64,000 nucleotides of DNA from Lingula anatina (taxonomy: Eukaryota; Animalia; Brachiopoda), in contig CM120641.1 in NCBI GenBank assembly GCA_051362555.1, positions 9,734,001 through 9,798,000 on the forward strand, in the 5' to 3' direction. This document shows, in pieces, positions 27,101-39,100 of the stretch (positions within the stretch are counted from its first letter, which is position 1; every line of letters starts with the position of its first letter). Under the pieces are notes generated by a model. The model was given only the letters and a program-made list of their open reading frames with translations, was not told the origin of the DNA and ran no database searches. A program made the translations under genes and the position numbers.

Positions 27101-30100
27101 CTGAACTAAAATTGAAGTCTTTTTATTATATTTTGTGCTTGTTTTGTCTATTCTGTACTAGTAATTCATTACTGGAATTTTATTCTATTAAATATTGATT
27201 CTGAGATATATTCCAGGTATTCTTTACGCCATTATACCTTATTCCAGTTTCTTTTGTTACAGTTCATAGCTGTATAAAATATTATTTGACAATGTCAGAT
27301 TTACCAACAGTAAAGACATGTTTAAAAATATGTCCTTTTAGACATGTCCTTGTTTCGGAATGGACATTTATTTAACATTAATGAAATTGCCTTACGATCT
27401 CATAGTATGTTCTCAACGTACAGGTGAAGCAATCATTGGACAAAATATGAGTTAACTAGATTAAAACTGAACTGATTTTATTACATAAATTTGTCATTTT
27501 GGATAGCTTTTGATTCTTTTTTGAAATGTTACTCCATTAGTATTTGATCATGACATAAAATAGAGTCTTCTACACTCCATTATACCCTATTCTACTTCCT
27601 TTTGATACATCTCATAGCTGTATAAAATATTATTTAACAAGGTCAGGTTTAAATTTAGTAATTACATTTTTAAATATGTCCTCTTAGGCATGTCCTGTGT
27701 TTCGGAATGGACGTTTATTTAACATTTACGAAATTGCTTAAATGGTGTGTATATATATATATATATATATATATTAAATAATCACAGGAAGTTAATTATA
27801 ACCTGTGTCTGACTGCAAGTGCCTCTGTAAACCGTGCCACCATGTTAACTCTTGCAACTTTAACATGTGTAGCCTCATAACTATTTTCGAATACTTTTAC
27901 ATCATAAGTAAGCAATATTTAAAGTAAGGTAAGCTATATTATTCAAAATTATATTCTACATAAATTTGATGTGCTTCCCATCATAATCTTCCTCATGAAT
28001 AATAAATAGATGAGCAGACCAAAGAGTAAACAAGTGTTTTAGACAATGTGTTAAAAAATGTCCTTTCCGATACAAAGCATCCAAATTGCCTATATTTCTA
28101 TTTATACTGATATAATCTCTTCAATTAATTGTTAATTTAACTTAATTTAAATACATGAACTTTGGGAAAATATGCAATGGAAGTTCTAGTAGATCCAAAG
28201 AAAAGATGCTGACTCGCAAAAATGAATTTTTTTGTTGAGGATATATATAGAAATTTAAAAAGATGCCATTGAAGAAATGTTTTTCTATTATTTTTATGTC
28301 ATGTGCATGATGCTCTAACAGTAATTTGCTTATGTCAAGTGAAACATACAGCATTAAAGACAGAATTCTCTCTATTTATAACATTGGCAATGTAAGGTAC
28401 TTTGTTTCGGAATGGACAATTTTTAACAAGCATCTCAAAAAAGGCCACAGTTAAATGGGTTTCTGTGCACTGGGGTTTTCTTATATAAAAATAAATATCA
28501 CATGTCCTGGGCTTTAGAGAAATATATATTGTTACAGGCTAGGTGTCAACATGTTCTTTTTATGTAAGAGAAACCCAATGTTTCGGAATGGACAAATTTA
28601 ACGGAAAAACAAGGTAGGGTTATTTTGCACTCCATGTCAAGCTCCAGAATCATCGCGCAGATTTCATTATTTGATACAAACAATACCAATACATCCAAAT
28701 AATGATTAGGATGGTTAATTATACTGTATGTTTTATGCTATATTTTCTGAAAGTATTTTATTTTTGTTTCGGAATGGACATTTCGTTTAACGGAAATACC
28801 AGCATGCCATTAAAAGACTTTTTTTTCTAGGATACACCTCTCTCCTGTTAATATTTAAACTTTTTTGCTTCCACCATACTACTGAGTGTTTTATAATTTA
28901 AAAAAAAATGCAATGTCAAACACTGTTTTAATTTATTTCAGATTGCTTTTTATTTCATATGACTAAAACGGGAAAAATTTTGGGTCATTTTTTGGGGTTT
29001 GCTTTAGCATAACTTTGGACTCGGTGGTGATATTTGGTTTCTATTTTCAGTTTTTATCTTCACTTACACCATTCTCTAACATAGTGATAAAAGAATTCTT
29101 TGATCATATGTATTTAATTTGTTAATTTGCAATATGTGGGAAAATCTGAAAAGTGCCCAGGATTGTAAAAACGCCCATATTAGCAATGGAATATAAACCT
29201 TTGTTCTATGCTTGATGTCATGTACTGTTTTAGTATTTGACCCCCTCAATGCACAAGATATGAGATTTTCCGTGGGAAGTCTGCATTTTTCCCTAATAAT
29301 TTTCTATTTTCATCACAAAATTGATCATATTTTATTTGTCCCTATCAATTGCCTGCCACAGTTAATGGAAGACATTTCTAGGACAAATGATAAACACTTA
29401 ACAATCCAGGTTGCAGGGCCTCATTTTATCTACTCTACTGAAATGATCATTATCTTTATTTATCATCGGAATATGATTGGCATTTGTTCTTAAGGGAGAC
29501 TGCATAGGAACAATTAATGTAAAAAATACATCCCACATAAATCATCTTATAAGATATAATGTAAATGTGATTATATCAAGGGACAATTGATAAAAAATTA
29601 TGTTACAGTTCAAATAACCCTTGTGTGTGTGGCCATAATGAGAGATTGTTCACCTGTATGTCCATGTAGATGTGATGTTATTTTGTTTTTGTTAAAATGC
29701 ATGGGGAAATGTAACTCTTGAATATATTTTTCGATTGATTGTGAGTTGGGTTTCTATGGCAACCTCAACATAGCATTGATCGTCTGTGGTATACTTATCC
29801 TCTCAGCTGGCAGCTGGAGAGGTGCTGGTTTAACATTGATCTAATTTTCTGTAGCAGCTACCATCACTAAAGGAAACAAATTAAGCTATTTTTTAAAACA
29901 AAAAAGAAACCCTTTGAAAGATAATTTTTTATTATTTACTGCAGCAGTAATATGTGAACTGAATTATCTATGGTATATTGAACATTAGAATATTTTTAAG
30001 CTATTAAAAGTGATATCATAAAAAAACTTAACCCGTTGATCAGGAAAAATTGGTTGTCAATATTAATTGAGCTTATGGGCATGTAAAGCTAGATAACGCC

Positions 30101-33100
30101 AGGGGGTCCAACCCCCACACTTTCTCTCTTTCTCTCTCTGCTGTCCTGAACCTTCCCCAATAAGTAAAAATGATTAGCATCAAATTTTTATAAACAACCA
30201 GTTGTATATTTTATCACTAAAGACTTAAGCATGCGTGTTAGACAAAGTAAACCTTTTAAAGAAATTATCTCCCATCATGGAGAAAGATGTGTATACGTGC
30301 ACATGCATGCACGTGAAAAGAGATTGTTGTAAGGGAGGTAAAGATCTAATAGATCTAAAATTTGCTTTTAGATTATGGAATTTTTTTTCTTCTTAGATTA
30401 TTGTCTTTCATATGTTCAGATGTATTTCCTATGTTTAGAATGAAATCAACACATTATTCATAGCCTATACATGCAATCTTTTTAATGTACATGAGTAAAA
30501 GGAAAAAAGAATAACCATGGGAGGCCTTGTGAATGCAAAAAAAGGGGGTTAAATTAAATTAAGGGGCGACAGTCTCAGCTTGCACACAACAGTGAATTGC
30601 ATATTTATTAATGGAGACTAGCATGCAGGTTTGTGCTAGTGACACCACAGTTTCTACCATGATGTAAGTTGGCCCCTTACCAGTTGTTTTACCACTCTTT
30701 GAGACTTCTGGATTTGTAACGGTATTGTTTGGGAATCTCTAGAGACAGCTGCTGGCTCCACTGTGGTCTGGAATATAGACCACTATATTGTTATGCAGCA
30801 GGAGGAACACCTGAATTTTGATTAAAAAGGATGGTAATTATGGTCAGTGCACTCTTTATCTGGTCTGGATACATTATACATTATGTAGCTAGTGTGTGGA
30901 GTTTTTTGGGGAATAGTTTTTGATAACTGAATGTAATATTTGTATTACACTGGAGGTCTAGCTAGAGTTGAACATGGGTTGCTGTGCTTGGTGAGACTTA
31001 AATATGTTAGTACTTTTGTTTTAAGTAAACGAGGTGCCATGGGCATTACTTTGGTAACATATTTATGTGTAAAGAGAGAAAGAAGAGAGAGAAATAATAT
31101 GATATTGCATCACATTATGTTTTACTCTCAGCTGATTGGTATTTTGTACAAAGAACCATACCTATGATTTTGTTTTATTATCTGACAATAACAACCACAA
31201 AGGTTTATTTATATGTCTATTTAATTTAATTGTCTATTCAGATTTGAACAGTTTTTTAAAATGGTGGTTGCTCTTAAGAATAGTGAAACACATTCATATA
31301 TTGAGCTATAGTTTGATGGTTAGTGTATTTTCTCTAAGTGGGTATCTTTTTGTTGAAGGCCACAGCAGCAACGGGTAGACAGATTTTTCTGGTTCCTTGT
31401 ATTATCATTTTCTTATGAGGGCAAACTGCTAAAAATGAATATTTTTAATTTTTGATGAAGAGAAAATGTATGCCTTTTTTGTTTCTTTTCAATCTTTATT
31501 AAATTATCCCTTTTTTATTCCATTGAGAGTAACTACTGGTCCAGTGATTGACAGTGGCTGATCTCCATTTTTGATAAAACTGTATTTGAACATGCTTTAT
31601 TTTTTGTTAATCTGTTTAGCTTGATATCTTTTTTAAATAAGCATTTTTTTCTTCAGGCCAAATGCTAATTCAATGGCTGATCTCCACATTTGATGAGGAG
31701 CACTACCTACACTATTATCTTGAGCGGCAGGACCTACGTCTGCTCGCTACACAATTCTGTACACATCTTCTTGCTGCTGGGGTGATGAAACAGATGGAAG
31801 AAAATGTTGATGGAACAAAGAACTTTAAGGTATTATTTTCATAATGTTTACTGCTGTGTTGCTTTTAGGTATAAATTAATGATAGATATATTGAAGAAGT
31901 TGGGAAGGGAGCCAGCTACCTTTTCTGAAAATTTAAACCTGGCAATTTTTTCTTTTGTGTGACACCTCCATTTTTTTCCTTATCTTTACATGGAAACAGT
32001 GTGACTGTAAAGTACTTATCTCTTTTTAGTACAGAAAAAAAAGTAGAAAACCTGAGGTCACAAGGATTAGAATGAAAGGTTGTAAAGAAGAAGCCTTACC
32101 TGACAACTTGCATTGTTAATTCTTTTTAGTAGCCCCAAGTACTTGATGGAATCAGTTTCACGTTGTTGCATGAGTGACATTTATGTCTGAATGATATACA
32201 TAATATATGGAATTAATGGAAACATGAACAATCTGGATTTGAAAGGAGACAGAAAGAAATAAGCTTTAAATTCTGAACAGTTTTTTAAATAGAAATAAAC
32301 TTTCCTGGTCACTGATGTAGATTTTAGATCGATGTTTCTGGTGCTTCAGGAATATTATTTAAATACAGTATTGTTTCTGTTTGATATTTTTAAACCAAGG
32401 GGCACTGCTGGGGTTGCCACCATCCCACCTACTCATTCTTTTACTGTTGCCTTCATTTAATCACAAACATTTGTTATCACAAATATAAGTTTAGGAAGCA
32501 AGAACTTTACCTTTTCTTTAAAATTATTTTGTCATTTTATGGGGAAAAAATTCAAATAAAATGCAGTAAGATAGATGAAAAAATTCCCATTTATTGTTTT
32601 TTTTTTTTTTCAGCCCCTTGAGATGTACTATTGGACTCATACTGAACAGCCCATATATCAGTATGAAATTCTTCCTGAAAAATTGGTCCCAGTGTGGCCT
32701 CCACCCAGAGATGATGGAGGAGAAGAGAAACCAGGTCTCAAGTACACAGAAGCAGGTACATCACTTTATTTCCTTACATTTGCAGTATTTGATCTATAGA
32801 ATCGGTGATGAAATTGCCTTGCAGTCCAAAAAGCAAGGTTTAGAAAAGTATTTATTCGTTTATTTATTTTGAAATGGTTTTAGGAGGATGGTGTTGTCCC
32901 CTGGTTTTGCAACTAGGCAGACATTTTCTTGTTATGTTCTGGCATCAGACACCTTTGCGAAAGTGTTTTCCTAGAAAATCAGTTTGCTGTAATTTTCTTC
33001 CAGGAAAGGAAAAGATGGGGTATCAATACTTACCTTTTTATATGCAGAGTCTAATAAATCATGTAATTATGATTATTTAAGTGATCATGTAAGTGCGTAC

Positions 33101-36100
33101 ACTTGGGATAATGCCAGGGTTGAATATGACCATAGAAAGTTCTTGAAATATAAGTAACATCCCCAGATGTACAAGCTTTCCTATGCAAGATTTAAAAAAC
33201 ATTCCACATAAAATGTACATGAAAGCTGTTTGGACAATTTTATTGAAACATCAAGCAGTACGATCAGACATACAAGCCTTCAATGCAACACACAAAAAAA
33301 AAGTCCCACAAAATATAAACGGTGCTATTTGGACAATTTTATTGAAACATCCAGTAGTATGATCGGATGTACAAGTCATCCTGTGCAACACAGAAAAAAA
33401 ATTCCACACAAAATGTATATGGTAGTATTTAGTCAATTTCCTCCATGTTATCAGTTCACCCAATCAAGTTATAACTGTATGCATATATTTAGGGAGGAAA
33501 TAAGTGGTAGTTTTTGTGCAGTGGGCGGAGAAAGTGATGATGTATATCACATTGTTGAATTAGTATTATTAGAAGTTAAATTGAAAAAATATATTCAACT
33601 GATTTTTTGTTAGTTAATGCATGTCAAAACTTGGACAAAACCGGAGGTGAATAGATAATTTCAGTGAAAGCTTACATGTAGTGATCTGCCTAGCTCAGAT
33701 TTTTTTTAAATTTTGATATTATTCCAAGTTCAGATTTAGAATTGAATTTTTTTAGGCTTAAACTTAAACTTATAACCCACAACACAAGCATTTGAGAATA
33801 CTTGGCCTTAGTTGTATTCATTATAGGTTAGGGCTGGGTTGCTTACAAATTTCATGCTTTTTCTTGTGACTAGTTCTATTAAATTGCTTAAATCCACTTT
33901 TTATAAAAGGATATTTATATTTTTGTCTGCTCTGTTAAAGTGAACATTATTACAATATATCCTTTTGGGTAACACTCTTTTCTGCTTTCAGAACTTTTTA
34001 CATGTCTGTCTATTGCTTATTGTTTTTAAGTAGCTTCACAAACAAAAGAAAGTAATTCATGTTGACATTTTGTTAAGATCAAACTTCTGTTAGTTAAAGT
34101 TTTAGTTAAAGAAAGCATCTTAAATGCCAAGTCATGACACTAATTTTGCATTGTGTAAAGGTTTTAAGTCACCTTAGCTTAAACTGAAATACAATTGTTT
34201 TTAATGGCTGACATAGACAAACTGTTTCAGCTTCTTGAAAATGAAAAACTGCATGCATTTTATGAAGCAATGAATCTTCTCTTCATGTGCAATTATTTTT
34301 ATTTCTTGAGATGAATTCTTCTGTATATATAATTCAACCTTATAGAAAAAAGCCTTGTATGCATGTCTTTAGCTTGTAACAACAAAATTTGTTTGTTTGT
34401 TTTTAATGTCCTTATCATCCTACAAGATGAGATAAAGGCTACAGTTTGCCACAATTTTAATGACAGATTTAATTATAATCGGGTATTCAACATTATATCA
34501 TCTGATTTATTAATTGGACTGAATTGTCTCTCTATATGACAAAATATGTATCTTGTTAAAAGCTTTGCAAAAATAATGTTTGTTGTCATTTTTCATGATG
34601 TTGTATTTCACAAATATTTTTTTCAGTTCCAAATTTCAGTGTTTGCAAAATGAAGCATGGTTAGTTTTCTTTCATATTCATGCAATGGTTTTCACTTAGA
34701 ATTTCAGGCTTTGGCCATGGGACTTATCAAAAAACACAAAGAAGACTTAGCATTACAAAAAGTAAGTTGAGGAACAGACAAAAAATTAAGATTATTGTAG
34801 CATATTTGGAAGAATAATTATCATATTTCTTCTTTGATCTAACACCAATAAGTACAAATTTTAAATTACTTAATTGTTTGAGTATTAACATTTTTATATT
34901 TAAACATTTATATATATATATACCTTAATGCCTTAATATATATGTAAATGTTAGAATCCCAGAGGCATATACACTAAAGATCAAGAAAACATATTATCTT
35001 AGTAACTGCTGAGAAGCGCCATGTCCTGGGTAGGGACTGGGTAATTCTACCCCCAGTTACTGGGTTTGGTATCTTTTTTGCTGTTAACACTAATGACCCT
35101 GCCTCTCCTGAAAACAAAGAGAAATACATCAATTAGTATTGTTTACTTGGATCATTTGGTGCTCTGGTACAGTGATATGGGGTGTCTTCTTTACGGAGAG
35201 AAATTCAGTATTTGGTCAGTAGTGGTCAAGATGAATTCACTGACCAGTGGATGGACATACATAACCAGATTTTTTGTTAATTATTCACAGAAAGAGCATG
35301 AAGATCATTTGGCTCAGGAGAGAGGGGAACAGCAGCTAAACTTTGCAGAGTTTCAGCACAGGATCAAGGCCCTAGAGCTTGAACTGGCAAGGTATAGAGG
35401 AGATAGTGATGCTGGATTTCACAGCTTAAAGGAGTCTTGGCAAGAAGGGTTCAGTCCCAAATATCAAGAAAGAGGGGTACAAACTGAACTATCAGGACTC
35501 AGACTGGGTGATGGAGGGATTGGACAAAGGACTGATGGTGAAGACTCTGGCAGTCTCCAAACACCCACAAATAGGAACTTAAATAGTGATAATACACTTG
35601 GAAAATCACACAGTTCTCAAAGTTCTAATTCCTCACAAAGTGCAATAGAACGGACTTCAGGTTTTCTACAGGATAATTTAAAAGATTATTTGAATACAGA
35701 CAATGGTGCTAACTCTGCAGGGGCTGGTCCTCTGCCTCCCCCTCCCCCACCTCCTCCACCGCCACCACTTGCCTCCAACTTACCTCTAGTACCACCACCA
35801 CCTCTGCCTCCTCCTCCACCGGGATCCCTAGGACCACCCCCACCCCCACCCCCTGGACCACCCCCTCCTCCTGGAGGGCCACCACCCCCTCCCCCATTGT
35901 CAGGTTTTGGAGGACCACTGGCTGTGCCTAAAGGTAAGAGGCAGACATAAAATTTCAAATAGATCTAGTAAAGTGCCTTTCTAAAGGATATGTATTTCAA
36001 GTTGAATACTAGTGCTGCACTATTTGGGTTCTGTAAATCATTAATTGAAAATTATGTTGTACGTTGTATATTAAATCCAAAATGGAAGCTTGCTTAAGTC

Positions 36101-39100
36101 ATTTTTGAAGAGTCTGATAAAAATGTGTAATGATGAAGGATTTTGTATACTTTTTTGCAGTTTTCATTTGTGCTCATTGTGTGAAAATTGATATAACCAT
36201 GCTCTTATCAGAGTTCAGTGCACTTCACCAGATAGTGCCTGTGTTGCACTCGTAGACTTCAGCTCATGAGTTTTTTCACAGCACTTGTTTCATCTTAATA
36301 GACTGGATTGGCTCATGATCAGAAGTTTAAAATTGCTGGTGTAAAAGATGCAAAACAATACATTTTACTGCCATTGACTTTACTTCTTTTTGACATATTC
36401 TCTAAGGTCCAAGAAAACCAGCAGTGAATCCTAAATCAAAGATGAAAGCTTTGTTCTGGAAAAGACTACAAGTACCTGAAATTCGCAGAATGCAAGTCCC
36501 AGCAGACATGTAAGTATTTGATGTTTGCTAATTGAAACTAAACATGTAAGTGGTATTTCTTTCACGTTTGTTTTCGTTTTCATGTTTTTTTTGGTTTATA
36601 AGAGTAATCTTGAAAGTTGGATACATAATTAACAAAATGGGTTTTTTTTCTCAATTCCAGCAATGACGTCAAGCCTCTGTGGGAAGATTTAAGAGAGATT
36701 GACTTTAATGTTGATGAGTTTGATACTCTCTTTTCAAAAGTGGTGATTGCTGAAAGGAAAAAGAACAGTGAAGACCGTCCTAGGCCAAAAAGACGCCAGG
36801 TGAAAAAAATTACATTATTTTGTTCCATCAAGTTAGTATAAGGTGAAAAAAATGTAACAATATTTTGCTGCATTATTTTTCTGTGGTGTAGATCAATTTT
36901 TGTTCAGTCTGAATTTATTGTATTATTGATTATTAGCATTTGTGGAAAATGGTAAGATAAACTGCAATATAATGAATAAAGGACTGGAAAAATTATGAAT
37001 TACAAGAAAAAAATTCAGTTGAAATACTCCTATAGTTACAAATATTATAATAAGTTTGAATTGTGTATTATATTGTCATGATGTTCTTCCCTTTTGTAGG
37101 TTACTAAGCTGCTTGATTCAAAAAGGTCCCAGACACTAGGGATATTGATTTCTAGTCTACACTTGGACTATAATGAAGTTGAAAATGGTCAGTATACAAA
37201 ATGGATCTCAGATATTACTTTTAGATCAGTGTTTAAACTACGAGTTCTAAATCGAACCAACATCCTGAGAGCTACCAGTCCACTTGCAGATCAAGTGCAA
37301 AAAACACAGTCAGGGAGCAGATCATCTCGCGAATTTTTTGTTTTAAAAGGGGTTTGCCTAGAAACCTGTAAAATTTGACGACAACATTACCTTAACATAA
37401 TATTTTGTCTGACAAAATCAACACCAGGTGGCCATCCTTAATTCATTGCTGTGGTTCAGTCTTAGAAACCACCACTCTGTAAACCTGGTTTCTGAGTTTT
37501 TTGTTGCAAGTGCAAGAATTATATTTATTAACCTCTGAAAACCAAAAGGGTCTTAAGACACCTTTCACATTTATGGAGGTAAAATGTGATGGATTGCGTT
37601 TGGTGTGATTGCTCAAAATTTGTTCTGAGAAGAAATTGGTGAGAATGATTGTATTTGATACAACTCTTGATAGAACACTGTCTGCTTTTCATTTTTCAGA
37701 ACACCTAAACCATTAAAGTTATAATTATATTATAGTTATCCATTGTTATCTTTGTCACATGTTACCCATAAATGTTGCTATTTTTTAAAGGAAAAATAAC
37801 TTATTTTGTTTCAGCGGTCATGAATTTTGATACATCTGTAATAGAACTGGACACACTGCAGACTTTATATGATCAAGTAAGTGCATGTCCTAAAGCTAGA
37901 AATAATGAGACTTTTTCTAATACCATTTTGTGAGCTTTTGTATGAACAAGCTTGAATAAATACAAAATAAAATGTTAATGATGAAACAGATGAACCATGA
38001 AAATGTATATTGTAAATAGTTTGATTATAATTGTTGAATTTATGTTTTGGAAGGCAACTGGTATAAAATTTTCTTACACGTAACTGTCAAGGACTTATTT
38101 GTGTTTGCTATTTTTCTATTCTTGTAGAGACCCCAGTCAGAAGAGTTAGAAATTATCAACAATCATTTGAAAACAAAAGCTGATATAGATTTAGATAGAC
38201 CAGAACAGTAAGCCTCTTGCTCTTGTTTTATGGTTGTAAATGTTTTTATCTTTTATCTGTTATTTTTTAAATTTTATTTCTGCATTAATTTTTTTTCTAA
38301 GAAAAATAAGTAAATAGGTTAAGTTGCCATTAAGTGTAGTGCCAAATATCTGTTATGCAATTTTATCTGAGATTAATCTTGGCTGTTAACAAACCCGGAA
38401 TTTGAAAAGATGGCAGCATTTTCAGTAATGCCATTTTTTATTATTGAGAAGATAAAAAAGATTGACAGGATAAAAAGATTTTGTTACATGTATATTTGCA
38501 TTTCAGATTTCTACATGAAGTGTCACAAATTCCACACTTTAATGACCGTCTCTACTGCTTCATCTTCCAAACGACATTCTCTGAGAGCTTAGCAATGATT
38601 GAGAATAAGTTGAATAACATAAAGATGACTTGTGAGGTAGGTTTTTATGTTCAAATTTGACCTTTGAGATTAATGCATTCCCTTTAGAATAACATCAGGA
38701 TAAAGTGCAGATTAAGGTGAAATTATTGAATCTTATGAATCATCCCAAAAGTCATCATTAGTAATCCTTTCATTCCATTGCCATATTACATGGATTAATT
38801 AAAGATAAGGGTGGAGTTTACCTTGAAAGTTGTGCTATTTCCGTAAGTCATTGGATAGTCCTTTGTAGTTTCCTTTATGTGTACTAGTATATGGACTGGG
38901 TATTTGAAGTTTTTAAAATTTTAACATTTTTTTCAGTATATGTTACACAATAAGAGTCTTCACCATGTGTTTGGTCTACTTCTTGGTTTAGGAAACTACA
39001 TGAATGGGGGTAGGTATATCACACATAAAAATGTATTACAATTATGTTATAAGTGAAATTGGAATTATATTTGATTAGATAAAAAAGAAATAACAGCCTG

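Noticed and set aside
26950-28800. CRISPR-like repeat-spacer array
   Set aside because: Repeats are 16 bp, spacers are 160-350 bp, orientation is mixed, there are no cas genes, and the array lies inside a TIR element in a eukaryotic intron.
33230-33613. 127-aa ORF with an internal repeat in a formin intron
   Set aside because: It arises from the ~100-bp tandem repeat, starts at TTG and shows no homology I recognise.
35066-35290. Apparent signal-peptide/hydrophobic N-terminus of the 294-aa ORF
   Set aside because: It starts at TTG inside an intron. The real exon begins at the acceptor at 35290/35291, in phase with the upstream exon.
35686-35958. Gly-rich minus-strand ORF
   Set aside because: Antisense shadow of the FH1 polyproline codons.
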